A stretch of DNA of 64,000 nt, taken from NCBI RefSeq assembly GCF_009914755.1, contig NC_060937.1; one strand, given 5' to 3'. The stretch's first letter is position 1; the number at the start of each line of letters is the position of its first letter. Shown here one piece after another: positions 13,138 through 27,688 of this stretch. The notes below the pieces were generated by a model that was not told where the DNA came from, ran no database searches, and was given only the letters and a program-made list of their open reading frames with translations. The position numbers and the translations under genes are program-made. This DNA is from the human T2T-CHM13v2.0 reference genome, Homo sapiens.

Positions 13138-13260
13138 CATAGAACTAAATACACCTAAAGCCAGGAGAGATTTAGAGAACTAGTTTAACTTCTCCATTTA
13201 ATATTTGAGGAAGTAAGACGCAAAGAAATTAAATGAGTAGCCTGCGATTACACAGCTCCC
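13138..13260 (-). mobile_element. MIR fragment
   Basis: tgaggaagtaagacgcaaagaaattaaatgagtagcctgcgattacacagct is MIR core-like. Confidence 0.55.
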
Positions 13261-13399
13261 TGATGTATGATGTTGACACCGAGGTTATTTCAGAGGTCAC
13301 CACTAACAACTGTTATGAATGAAGTTTATTTACTTTTAATAAAATGCTATCTTTTCCCATACAGTGAGCATACTTCTTCCTTAATATAAGAGTACTGTA

Positions 13400-13719
<320 letters not shown>

Positions 13720-15171
13720 TACTGTATGATCAAACAAAGAAAGGGATAAAGTATTTTTCATATTTGGGAACTTCCCAGGAGGTATAAAATTATGGCTTTT
13801 TGACCAACATATTCAAAGTACTTTGGAGTTTAGTGGTGGTTTCCTAATATTTCAGGAACTATTATTTTAGGGGAAAATGAATAGCATTTGTTTAACATCT
13901 AGATAATTCTAGATAAACAACAGGGCCAATAATCAGTGGCTCTTAGCATAAAATAATAAAGTTTAACTTATTTTACACACTGTTATCTTGTATTTTTTAG
14001 TATTATTGTAGGCACCACCAAAATTATGTGAGTTTTAACTTTTACCTTGCATCAAAATTTCTGTCAGGAAATTTCAGAATTTTCAAGAAGTTTTAGAATT
14101 TACAGGAACACCAACATTTTGTTTTTTAAAGTTACTTTAAATTGTATTAAACCAATACACTATAGATAATTTTGAAGTAAAAATATATAAAAGCCTTATA
14201 ATGAAAAATAACAGCCTCTTTTTCTGTACCCTGAACTTCACTTGTATTTCTTTTTTCACCATGTGTAATGTATTATCTTCTTGAGTCCAACACTGATTAC
14301 TTCCAGACATCTCCCTTGACACTTCTAAATGATATATATCAAGGAATAGAGTAAGACATGACTTCTTTCTTATACAACCATATGTTTCTTAAACAGCTTT
14401 ATTAAGGTGTAATTGACCTACAATAAACGGTACAAAATTTAAGTGTTCAATTCCATAAGTTTTGGCAGATGTGCTGACTTGAAAAACCATCATTACTGTG
14501 AAGACAAGGTTCATATTATTCCCACTAAAAGTTTCTTTGTGCCCCTCTGTCATCTCCCTCCCACTTCTCCCTGCAACTTCCTCCACCACCCCAAGCAAAC
14601 TGATTTACTTTCTATCACTATAGGTTACTTGATATTTTCCTGAATTTTATGTAAATGGAAACATATAGTAGCTATTTTTTCTGTTTTTTCCCAAATGGCA
14701 TAATATTTATGAGACTTATCTGTTTTTGCACATAATAGTACTTTATTCCTATTTGTTGCTGAGCAGTATTCCATTTTAGGGATAACTATAGTTTGTTAAT
14801 CTATTTATGTGTTGAACATTTTGGTTGTTTGTAGTTTTTGGCCATTGCCAATTAAGTTGTTAATATTTGTATATAGTCTTTTTATGAAAATATGCTTTCA
14901 CTTATCTGGGGTAAATATATGAGTGGAACAATTTGGTCATATGGTAGCAGTATGTTTAACTCTTTAAGAAACTGACAAACTGCTTTTCAAAATGGGGCTT
15001 ATAGTACTTTACACTCCTATCTCCAGTGTGTGAGAGTCCAAGTCACTTTTTGCTCTTACTAACATTACAAAATATTAATCTTTTAAAAAATGTTAGACAT
15101 TCTAATATGTGTGTAGATATATTTAATTGTGGGTTTTATTTTCCTTTTATTTAATAACTAATAATTTTAAG

Positions 15172-15391
15172 CAGAGACAATATGATGAGGTGCATGAGAC
15201 ATTAACTTTGGACATAAAATTTAAAGGGATACCAAAAAATTCAGTCATCATCATAAATCATATTCTAGTATAATGTTTTTTAAAAAATTACTGCAAAATA
15301 CTCACAATAAACAAAATATTAAATTTTAAATATAGTATTAATATTACTGATTTGTTCATTTCAGGTACCAATATGGCTTGAACTACACTGA
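15172..15391 (+). mobile_element. hAT-Tip100 MITE fragment (MER96B-like) nested in L1M
   Basis: aaaatttaaagggataccaaaaaattcagtcatcatcataaat...acaaaatattaaattttaaat resembles recalled MER96B, with cag...ctg ends. Confidence 0.55.
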
Positions 15392-16300
15392 TGTTAGAAA
15401 TCTTTTCATGTACTTCTTTGAGCTCCATATACTCTCTTTATGAAGCACCTGTTCAAATCTTTTGCTCTTGTTTTTATTGGATTATTATTTTTTCTTATTA
15501 TTGAATTTTGAGAATTATTGGTGATGTGCAAGTATTTTCTCCCAGTCTGAGATTTATGTTTTCTTTCTCTGAACAGTGCCTTTCAAAGAGGACTTTCTTA
15601 ATTTTAATGAAATAAAATTGCCAATTTTATTGTTTTTTTAAAAAGTTTTATGAATTGTGCTTTTGGTGTTGTTGCAAAGGAAGCCGTGTTTAACAAAAAA
15701 TCTTAAATATTTTCTACTATTTTTTTTCTATAGTAAGTTTTATAGCTTTAGGTTTTACAATTAGGTATATGATCCATTTTGAGAGTTAATATTTATGTGG
15801 CTCAAAGTTCTTCCTTCCTCTCCCCATCTCTCCTCCTCTTTGTCTTCTTCTTTTTGGTATATGGCTATCCAATTGTTCCAGTAGCATTTGTTGAAAAGAC
15901 TATCCTTTATTGATTGATTGCTTTTGAAAATTTGTCTTCTCTCACAGAATTTTATGATTCTCTTTCAAAAACATTTTGTTTACTTAAGCCTCATTATTAT
16001 TCCATGTGAATTTTGGAATCATTTTCAATTTCTACAGATAAAGCTGCTCACTTTTGATTGAGCTTGTGCTGAATCTACAGATTAACTGGGAAAAAAATCT
16101 CTTGTCTATAACGAGTTTTCTGATTCATGAGCATGGTTTATCTTTCCATTTATATGGGTGTTCTTTAGTTCCTCTAAGGAATGTCTTGTACTTTTCAGTG
16201 TACAAGTCTTCAACATCTTTTGCCAGAGTTATCCCTATAAATTTAATACTGTTTGATGTCATCATAAATTATGTGTTTTATAACTCCAATTTCTGATTGT

Positions 16301-16366
16301 TTGTTGCTAGAATATAGGAATGCAATTGACTGTTGTTGCTAGAATATAGGAATGCAATTGACTGTT
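16301..16366. repeat. Perfect 32-bp tandem duplication
   Basis: ttgttgctagaatataggaatgcaattgactg at 16301-16332 and 16333-16364. Confidence 0.97.
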
Positions 16367-16485
16367 TTATATTATCTCGGATCCTGTAATCTTGCTAAAC
16401 TTAATAGTTCTAGTACTTTTAAAATAAAGTTCATATAATTGTTTTTTCCATAGATAGTCATGTTGTCTTCAAATAAGAAACACTT

Positions 16486-16779
<294 letters not shown>

Positions 16780-17116
16780 CACTTTATTTCTTCCTTTCCA
16801 TTAAGGATGTTTTTAAAACTTCTTTTTGCTTGACCCATTGTGGTGGCTAGAACCTATGGAAAAACATTGAATAAATGTGATAAGAGTGAACATTCTTGTC
16901 TTATTAAGGCTCTTAGAGAAAAGTTATTCATGCTTTCATCATTAAATATGCTGTTAGTTATAGGTTTTTGGTGATTCCTACTGTTCTAGTTTGCTAAGAT
17001 TTTCTGATGAGAAATACACTTTGGATTTTGTTAAATTATTATTGTTTGCATTTATTGAGATAATCATATACTTTTCATTTTTAGTTTGTTAATATGGTCG
17101 ATTACGTTGACTGATC

Positions 17117-17329
17117 TTTTTTTTGATGTAGGTTTTATTTTTATTATACTTTAAGTTTTAGGGTACATGTACACAACGTGCAGGTTTGTTACATATGTAT
17201 ACGTGTGCCATGTTGGTGGGCTGCACCCGTTAACTTGTCATGGAACATTGGGTATATCTCCTAATGCTATCCCTCCCCCCTTCCCCCCACCCCACAACAG
17301 GCCCCAGTGTGTGATGTTCCCTTTCCTGT
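17117..17329 (-). mobile_element. Severely 5'-truncated L1PA (L1PA4/5-like) 3'UTR
   Basis: ttattatactttaagttttagggtacatgt...ctcctaatgctatccctccccc...gtgtgtgatgttccc is the antisense primate L1 3'UTR. Confidence 0.92.
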
Positions 17330-17492
17330 AAGACATTAAGCTTATCTTCCATTCCTGGGATAAAATCTACTTGGTTGTAATGTATTGTCTTTTCTACATA
17401 TTGTTATATTATATTGGATTTTTAAAAAAATTTAAATAGTTTTTACATCTATATTCATAAGAGTTAAAGACCTATAGGTTTCTTTTAATGTC

Positions 17493-17950
17493 TTCTATGG
17501 TTTGGATATGGTTTGTCCCCACCAAAACTCATGTTGAAATTTGATCTTCCATGTGGCAGCATTGGGAAGTGAGGCTCAGTGGAAGATGTTTGGGTCATGG
17601 GACAGATCCCCAAGGTGGAGGTTGGGGGAGGTGGTGGTGAGTGAGATTTTGCTGTCATGGAAATTAATTAGTTCCCAAGAGCATAGATTGTTGGAGTCTG
17701 ACTTCCTTGCTTAATTTCTCTTTCTTGCTTCCTTTTCTTACCACGTGATCTCTTTGCAAATATCCACTTCCACTCTGACCTTCGCTGCCATGTTTTGATA
17801 CAGCACACGACCCTTACTAGAAGCTTACTGATGCCAACACCATGCTTCTTGAACTTCCCAACCTGCATAACGATGATCTAAATAAACTTATCTTTATAAA
17901 TTACCCAGCCTTAGCTATTATTTTATAACAACACAACATGGATTAAGACA
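17493..17950 (+). mobile_element. MST (MSTB-like) MaLR solo LTR
   Basis: tatggtttggatatggtttgtccccaccaaaactcatgttgaaatt start and ggattaagaca end. Perfect 5-bp TSD atgtc at 17488-17492 and 17951-17955. Confidence 0.9.
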
Positions 17951-19149
17951 ATGTCTTTGTCCAATTTCGATACCATAATATGCTGGCCCTATAGGATTAA
18001 TTGGGAAGTATTCTCTCTTCCTTTTCTAGAAGAGTTTATGTAAAATTCGTATTATTTTTTTCTCAAAATATTTTCTAGAATTCACTAGTGAGGCCTTATG
18101 GACTAAAGTGTTCTGTGGGGAAATGTTTTTAACTACAAATTCAATTTATTTAAAAAAGGTAAAGGGCTGTATAGGTTATCTATTTCTTCTTGAGTGAGCT
18201 TTGATAGTTTGTGTCAGTCAAATACTTCTTACATTTTATATTGATTGTCAAAATTACTGGCACAGAAGGAAGTGGTCGATTGTTTGCAAAAAAGTTTTTT
18301 TTTAATTGGCACATATTTGTTGATATTTCATTATTTCTCTTGAAATATCTTTAGAAGATACAGTGTCACCATCTCTGTCATTTTTCACATTGGTAATTTA
18401 TGTCTTTATCTTTCATTTCTTAATGGTATGTTTAGTTGTTTATCAGTTTTATAGACTTCTTTAAATAACCAGATTTTATTGGTTTGTTTTTCTGTTTTCT
18501 ATTTCATTGATTTCTGATCTTGTCTTTATTATTTCCTTCTTTTTTATGTGCTTTAAACTTCTATAATTTCTTAAGATTTTTAAGGTGAAAACAAATTCAT
18601 TGATTTTGAAAACTTTCTTCTATTGTAATACAGTTATTTAATGCCAGTAAATAAATGTTATGATTACCATTTCAATACTACTTTGGCTGCATTCCACAAC
18701 TTTTAATATGTTTTATTTTTTATTTTGATTCAGTTCAAAGTATTTTTAAATTTTATTTTTACCCATCGGTTATTTAGAATTATATTATTTAGTTTATAAA
18801 TATTAAGGGATTTGCTGTTTATTATTTTGTTATTAACTTCTAACTTAAAGAACATGTGTGGTTTGCACACTTTTCAAATTATTTAGACTTCTTTTATGGT
18901 ACAGAAGTTTGTCTAGCTTGCTAAATATTCCAGATGTATTAAAGGAATGTATTTTTTGCTGTTACTGGGTAGGATTGTCATGTCAAGTTGGTTAGAACAA
19001 GTTATTAGGTCAAGACAGTGTTTTTTTTCAAAGTAGTCTTTGTAATTTTTTAAAATTGCTTTTATGTCTACTTGTTCTGTCAGTTATTTAAATAGCAGTG
19101 TTGAAATCTCCGATCATATTTGAGAAATCTGGGCTGTTTCCATCCAAAG

Positions 19150-19345
19150 ATCCTGTTATTTTCATATAAGACATCCCATCTTATGGCTGGGAGAGTTAGA
19201 AGAACTCAGCCACTCTTAAATCTCTTGTACCAGCAATGGCATACATATGTGGTTATTAACAATTGGCTAGAAATAGTTACATGGCCCCATCTTAAATACA
19301 AGGGAATCTGGGAAACAAAAAGGAAGGAGAAGCACATGGAATATT
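19150..19345 (-). mobile_element. Old MLT1 LTR fragment
   Basis: attggctagaaatagttacatggccccatcttaaatacaagggaatctgggaaa resembles MLT1J/K-type LTRs. Confidence 0.45.
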
Positions 19346-19937
19346 TGATAAGCAATAACCTTGCTTTTTAAAATGAAATTGACCCCCAATTCAGAATGAG
19401 GTTCATCCCAGATCTATTATGGTTTAGTATGTAAAACTGACTCTTTAAACTTCTTCTATATCATAAATTTTAAATTTGTCTTGTGCCACACAATTTACAG
19501 GTTGAACCTAACAAGTGGGTTGTTCATCACCTTTTAAATTTAACTAAAAGCCTAATTTCTCCCATGAAATCTTTGGGACAGAACAAAGTCATTGTGTCTT
19601 AAGAAATGATATAATATAGCAATTAAATTATTTTTACTTATATGGCAGTTTGTTGATTATAATAGGTTAATAATTTCATTTAATCTTTACAGAAGCCCTA
19701 TTTTGTATCCCAATTATGAGATAATTATGAAATTATGCTTAAGGTTATAAGCATATTAACATAGCAGCTAGCTTCAATTATTTAGTGGACTGTCATGGAG
19801 GAGAAGGTATTATGTTGACAATATATGGCCTTCTGTGTGGCCATATATAATGGCACCATGATTGAAGCTTATTTTCATATATATATGTCACATATATATT
19901 ATATAAATTAATAGATTATGTATGCTTATGTATAACC

Positions 19938-19940
<3 letters not shown>

Positions 19941-19974
<34 letters not shown>

Positions 19975-19990
19975 CACATCTGTGTGTGTT
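19941..19990. repeat. (TG)n microsatellite
   Basis: Read directly from the sequence. Confidence 0.95.
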
Positions 19991-22900
19991 TATGTGTTTC
20001 CATTTTCCATGCTCAGATAATCTTGGGTTTCTCAATCCCCAAATTGTTATCTGAGGAAAAGAATACCTCCTTGAGGAATCAGTACCTTGAATGATTTGGC
20101 TGACTCTTCCAACCTCCAGTGGAGGATATTTTGCCAAGAGAAACTGGAACTCTTATCTTCCCATTCACAATCGCAGAATGCCTCACCTGTGAAGTATGAC
20201 TATTATCTTTCTGTCATGAAGGTGAAAGACCTATAACTCAAAAAGTCTCAAGCAGGAGGGAGTTTCTAAGATCTTTCATATAAGCTACAGAAACATAATT
20301 ATCACTCTTCAAAAGTAAGATTGCATTTATTTTTATTTCTTTGCAAAAGTAGTGAGTAAAGAGTATAATAATATGAGACACAAATTAACCTTGCCAACAT
20401 GAATGAAAAATCAGCAGGGATGAATTAGATATTATTTTAAATGGAAGTGAAATCTCTTTTCAATGTTTGGTCAAGTTTTGCTTAACTTTTGTTTTCATTT
20501 TTAAACAATGAACTCTCAAGCTTCTGTGTACTTGAAAAGTTTAAATACAGTAACAAAGTTTTTATAACGTTTGAGGCCATGGCAGAACAAGGAAATGTTA
20601 AAAATTACAGGAAAAATGATCTGCCATCTTGTACATTTTAGTTTCACTTCTTAACTTTCTATCACATCAGTTCAATGTGCTTACATTCCTGTTTTCCTTC
20701 TGACTCGACATTTTGCTCTCTTCTCATAGCTTGTTCACATGTCCCCCAAACCCCGACCTGCTGTTTCTACTCTATGCAATTAACACTTGAGCCAAGCTGT
20801 GTATGGTATTCTGTAGTTTTTATATCCATTAATAGAATGAAAATCTGTGTCGCTCTTTCAAGCTCTAAGAGTTTACCCTTGATTTAAGGCTTGACAATCA
20901 CCTTTTGACAATTCTATTTTCTGAAGGTAACTCCAAACAAATATCAAGTCTAGAGTAGAATCTACAATATATGCTATAGAGATTACAAGGTAATTAAAAG
21001 TGGTTTTAGGAACATTTTCTTTAAGAAAGTATCAAAAATATTTCCTTAATGAGATATTCATGATCTTTTTAAAAAGTCCTTTGCTGTGCAGATGTGAAAA
21101 ATAATACAAGATGTATATTTCATTTATCTATAATAACATCCATTTCCACTTTCTATCTCCAGCTCTGTCTCATCTCTACTCTATCTTTTGAAAATGTGCT
21201 AGTACATAATGCCCTTGGACGTGAATTCAGACTAATTCATGACTGCATTCTTGTTAACAAATCAAAGATAAGAAATTTGACTATCTCTACAACCTATGTA
21301 GGACTGACATTTTCAAAGGGTTGAAGTTCAGGTCCAAACTAATGGAGCTGTAAAGAAAGATGAACACATTTGTAGCCACAGGGTTTGTTTCATATTGTTG
21401 AATAATGCTGATTTAATTCAGTTAGAGTCATGGTCACATTTTCTGTAATATCTGGATGCTTTTTCAACATTAGTAAATAGGATGGCAGACAATTGCTAAA
21501 GTGAATATACTTCTGTGGTGCCATTATTTTTTGAAAGAATTCAGATTCTAAGAATTGAAAACTCCTAAAGACTCCAAAGCTTCAGGTGGAAAACAAAGGT
21601 AAGAAGTAAAGTTTCAGCTTGCAAGACTGAATTGGTGATTAATAGGAGTCATGAATGTAGGTATTATGGTTTTTGAAGATTGTCCAGCCATCAGCGACAT
21701 CTTTAAAGAGGTATGTCTAACTAGTAGCTTGCTTTTCATAAATACCATGATACCTTTCCTTTGTGCACTTACCTGTGTGATTAATTGACCAATGCATTAT
21801 GCATTCTTTGGTTTACTTTACTTGCTCCCTTTACTACCCCTCACCAGGCCCTGCAATTACTGTAATACTCCCTGCCTCTTGCACATCCAATAAACACATC
21901 TATTGTAGTCCAATTTGTTTCTTCACCCCCTCCTGCCCATGCTTAAAGTTTGAACCATGTTTTCTCCTCTCCCAGCCAAGGCCTTGACTAGTCCCCTGAT
22001 CACAGAATTCACTATCCATTTTTGGCAATGGCTCCACATACAGTTCAGATTTGGGGAGGAAGTGGGAGCGGCTGACCCTCTCTTTATACAAGAGCATTAT
22101 CATGCAGAGTATGAAATGTGTCTCTGACTGACCAGATGTACATACAATACTGACATCCTGAGGAAAATAAAAATTCTGTGTGTGTGTGTTTTAATTTGGG
22201 CAAACAGAGAGTAATCTGACATAACTCAGAACTCCTCTAAAGGGAATATAGGCAATAAGAACTGAAGCTCTGACTGATCCCTGAGAATTGAAGAAAATAA
22301 TGAGAGCTAACTCACAAAAGGATCTCAACTAGAAGCCAGGCTAAACTGGGAAATACCCCAGGAGTACTCACAAATTTATGGTGCCTATCTTATCAGCTCA
22401 GATTGGACTCAGAATTAAGGAGCTTCTGATAAATCACTTTGAAATATTCATTTATAAATGGGAATAAAACTTGGACAGAGAAATACAAGATGTTGGCAGC
22501 AAGCCTTCTGAGTAAGATTAGAGATGGAATTTTCTAGGGCAGAAATTCCCCTTTTAGTTCTTGAGGGAATACCATGCATCAATCTAGTTTTTCAAATTAT
22601 GCACCCAGATTTTTGAAAAATGTTACCTGGAACGTAGTGTTTTCCTTTAGTTATTTTGTTAGCTTGACAACTTTAAACATTAGTAGAGACCCGTGGTGCT
22701 ATCAGAGCTCATTTTAACACAATGTACTTATAGAGTACAGTGGGTCAAGCTTCCATGTAGCTATATTTTGTTTTGACCTGCAGATTTATGCAGTATGTAG
22801 AATATCTCAACTCTAACTTTGTAATTAAAGCCTTACAAGTTTTATGACTAAAAATTAAGTCTCTTTCTAAATAAATAACTTTGAATTCAAAAGTAAGGAT

Positions 22901-25900
22901 ATTCTAAAAGAATGTAAAACATAGCATCCTATGATCAAAGCAGAATAATAAGGTCATCATTCTTTAATATCATGGGTCCAATATGATTTTTACTTATTAT
23001 AAACAGTATATTTCTTCTTTTTAAATTTCTTCTAACTGAAATGAAAGTATTCAAGGTGCAAATCCTGGGCTCTGAAAACTGGAGACTGGCAGGCAAGTCT
23101 GCTCTGTGATTTTCTCTACCTCTGTGAGCACATGGGCCTCGTTCCCAGCCTAGAGCTGCTCTGCATCAGTTCAATGAGGTTTTCTTCCTGACTTCATATA
23201 AAACACCAGATGTGAACTGCTTGAATTAAAGTGGGTTGGAAGTGTAGAAAGGCAGAAATAATAATTTAGCCAAATCACATCCTTTTCTTAAGTGTTTGAA
23301 TTTATTCTGCCTCTTTTATGTTTCTGGCATTGGTATACCTCTTTCCATTCAAGTAATTAGAGTTTGCCTAACTGCGGAGGAGCTGGAGCTCTGGCTTTAC
23401 TTTCCTTCTGCTAGTCTTGGAGAAAGGAAAATCGTCCCTTTTGGCCCCCTCAATGTTCTTTTTCTGAATTTTTTGGCTAGTTCAAGAATAGACTAAGTAA
23501 GTAAAACAAGCCTCTCCTCTTGCTACCACCTGTGCAGACACTTTGCTACATGCGTCTTTGAGATGTATGCAAATGATAAAGGTGATTCCTTTCACCCTGA
23601 GAATCCCCTGGTACAGCAATCTTAGGTTTTTAAGATCTGCTTATTTTGGAACAGAATAATGGTGCACAGAAGTGCACTAGACCCTATGCTTTTGGAAGAG
23701 AAGGGAGTCTGAGAAGGAGAGGGACAGATGCTTTCCTTCCCCTTTCTGCATATCCATGGAGCTTCTGTGAAGTCTTTGCCTGATGGGAGGCTTAGGTGAG
23801 GTAGAGCATATGGAGATAGATGATTTGGCTGTGATTTCTCAGTAAACTTGCATTTCATCCCCTTTGTGACCTGATTGGAAGGCATTTCCAACTGCTCTTT
23901 TCAACCCTGAATGGATGGAGGCTATCCATTTGATATTTCTATTTGCTTACCATTTTCTTACTCTGGAACTGAGGCACAATAGATCAATGGGAAGGAGAGG
24001 ATAAAGTAGAAATTTCAATGATTCTATTTTATGAAGAACTTTTCCCAATAACTGGGAGAGAAAGAAAAGCTGTGGTTTTTAGCAAGTCTTTCCTACTTGG
24101 AGAACCCAAAGATTTGCTATAGATGTAACTATTTCAGGCCACTAAGAAATCATAGTTTAGCCCACTTTTGGGTTGATGCCCACAGATTTATGATATTGAC
24201 TAACATTACAGATATAAAATTATTTCAAATTTAGAAAGAAGTTTGCAAATTACAAAAAAAAAATTTCTCATTTTATACATGCACATACATACAATTTATA
24301 AGTATGAACATATATGCATGACAATGGCTCCTAGGAGTCTGTACCATATCTATGAAGTAGAACCTGTCAGGATTCTTAGACATTATGGTGATTTTTCAAA
24401 GAAGTTGGCTAGGCTGACTGGTGGAATCTATCTGTGATGCAAAATGGTTCCCTAGATAATTCACATATAACTCCCATTACTTGGTATTTTAATGTAATTA
24501 GAGGTAAGAATTTGGAGAAAAAATTTTACTCAGAGGGAGTGGAGGGTGACGATCAAGAAACTAACCCAGCCCATGGAGAGTTGGGAGTGGGTTGTTGAGG
24601 GAAACTTCACTCTTATATTACGGATAAGAGGACTGTAATGCTATTTCAGCTTGTTTTCCTCCTTGGCAAGACAAATAAGACAGAAAGAAAATAACTTTTG
24701 TACTAAAGCAGAATCTTAATAAAAGCCACAATAACAATAAATTGGAAGCAGAGTTTAATTATTGTTTTTCTCTGCATGATTCGCTCCTTGCCTTCTTTGT
24801 AAACTTCCTACCACTTAGTTTTGATTCTTCTTTTATCCTTCATCTGCTGATGTTATTTACAAACAGAATTGTGATGTATTTACCATATTATTAAAATAGA
24901 ACTAGATTTTAATTAAATATCAATTCAGGATCACAGCTTCAAGCTAGTTGCCAACACTGATGGTGATCAATAGAAGATGTTGAACAAAGAAGATAATTAC
25001 GTTTTCTGAGAACTCAAATATTTTTTCATTTCCCTCTCTTCTTCCTTCTCCAGTTTCCCTGCTTTTCTGCTCCCGCTAGGCTTGTTCACTCATTCCCCTT
25101 CCCTGTTCCTCCACCTGCTAAATTTTTCATACAGTGCATATATTTAATTTCCTGTGTGTTTTTTCTATAGCGTGCTTTAAACACTGAAAACCGGAGATGT
25201 TGAGTGCCAGATCATCACGTTTGCTAATTCGCAAATCTACTTCCAGTTGCCAGTTCCTTTGAATTAGGCATCTTTGAAATGGTTTCCATTATATGCTTGA
25301 TTCAGAATTATAAAATGTTATTTGCTTGATTGTGTATTTATTTTACAACAATTAATTCACCCTGAGCTTTTATTTGGAAAAATAATTGCCTGCAAGAAGT
25401 AAACAGTTCTAAGTATTCTAGAATATTATACTTAATTATCCCTTTATTTTTGTATTGTATACCATTTTCTTCCAAGTTTAGCATTTTGATTGATTTAACT
25501 TTTGCAAAAATTAAAACTCTTTTTGAAAAATGTTGTTTAGAAAAATTCAGTATTGTGAATTTGAAAGGGCTAGGCTGAATTAGACATATGCTTCATGGAA
25601 TGAGAGTTTTGCCTATACACTATAGTAATGAAGTCATAATAAATGTGTTCATTCTGCATTAATTAACTTATTTTACTTATGCATTTATATGTTTTTGCAA
25701 GGTTACCTGAACACAAAAGGAATTGAAAAGCAGTTCAAAATTACATACTGGTAGGTGTAGTCCATTATTCCATCAAGTTATGAATCTGAATTCATTAATA
25801 GCCTGAATGTATAAATTTCACAAAATTTATTCAGATACTAACCCAATTTATATATACAATGATTAAGAATTTTCTATATTCTTATCCTCCTCTCCACATA

Positions 25901-27662
25901 TAAACATGAAAATATACACAGGTGTATATGTACATGATCATTATATTAGTAATATGTTTGTGGATTTTTAATTTTCTTCCTTTTATTAAAAACATGCGTC
26001 CTTTATCGTTTCCTTTATTTATGCATTTTTACCTTCATTTGACTCAACTTTCTTCTTTATGCTCTTCTTCCTCCTTTGTTTACTTACGAAGAGTCATATG
26101 TGCCCTTGCTTTTATACCAAAAGTTTCCCAAGCAAATTGCTGACAGATTCAGTATACTTCTGCCTAAGTTCATTCTCTTAGCTCTTTGGACACATACACT
26201 GTTCCTTTAAGGGAACTCATCATTTTGTACATCCTTTCCCCTTCAGCTGTGTATGTGGTGCATGTTGATTATTTTCTTTCAATAAGCAATAAACACTTGA
26301 TTCATCACGTTCACAGGTTCTATTCTTCACTAGTCTATGTCTGATACTGCCACTGCTCTGACACACAGTGTACTGATTCTCTTCTCCCTCCCATCTCCTT
26401 TCTTTTCGCTTGGGAAGAAGGTTGGGAAACATGTTATTATAGACTTTTCTAGGAGGTGGGGAGCTGCTCTGTGCTGCAGGGAGCAGTGCTGTATGGACTG
26501 TGGCTGATGTGCATGGATAGAAACTATTTGTGAATTTTCTTGGTGAGTATTATACATGAGTCTTGCATCCCTACTGGTCAATATAGCTCTGGTATGTTTT
26601 AAGAGTTTGTGAAATGAATAAAAGTATAAATGAAACATATTTGTGTAATTCTGAAGGATTCAGTTGTGATATAAAATAAGTGCCTTAGCAATAGTCCAAT
26701 GACTATATTTAGGCAGAAAAAAATGACAAGATAACAAGTGGAAAGGAGTCATGTGAGAGGAAGCCAAAATCTTATTGAAAGCAAGACCTGAAAGAATAGA
26801 AGACTAGGAAAGAAAGGCATATGGATTGAGGGAGAACATTCAAAAAATGAATAGAACATGCCATAGAAGATAACTTTGAAAGTCCTGGAGACCATTTTTC
26901 CTGTTAATGTAACCTTTGAAATCACAACTAAATTATATGCAATATTTGCAAATCAGTAAGTAGTACAAGCCAGACAGAGGAGGGATTGAATGGCAGAAGA
27001 AACGATGGCAGAAAAATGGAATAGAACTTTCAAACAATATGAAGGAAACAGGTGATCAAACAAAATAAATGGTCTAATTGCTACCTAGAAGAGTGTTAAG
27101 GTAAAAGTTACTTTACTTTAACAAATCTTGTACTCTTCTGTACTAGTCTCTGCTGCCCTAAGAGTCTGGCCTTCTGAATTCCTCAACTTTCTCTGTCCAG
27201 GCATCTTGGCTAGTTATTGAATAGTTTCCCAGTCATCTGCCTCCTCTATACAGTTCTGAGGATGCCAAAGAGGAGGTACATGACTCTTATTTTCCTAGAG
27301 GGAAATTTTATAATCCCTGAAAAGCTACTAACATTGATTAAACCTTAATCAAACAACAAATTATATCATTTGCTGGGGGGATGGAGTAAGCATTGCCAAT
27401 GAGAGTGGTAAAATGCTTCTGAAATACTTAGAGAAAATGCTCATTTTTTCTGCATTCATATCAATATTGTTTTACCTTTCAGTGTTCATTTGTTGTGGGT
27501 CTGTTAGGTTGATAGTCATTTTAAGGTAGAACATTTTATAAACCAAACAAAACTTGTTCAAATGCTACTGTCAATTTTTTTTTCAAAAATGAAAATGAAA
27601 TATTAAATGAATCACTAAGTAGCAGGTTAACATTGCCACTTAGGAAAAAGCAGAAATAGCTT

Positions 27663-27688
27663 TATATATATATATATATATATATATA
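27663..27688. repeat. (TA)13 microsatellite
   Basis: Read directly from the sequence. Confidence 0.95.

Noticed and set aside
23185-23580. TATAAAA (~23197) and octamer ATGCAAAT (~23567) as a promoter
   Set aside because: Isolated short motifs expected by chance at this AT content, with no downstream gene structure.
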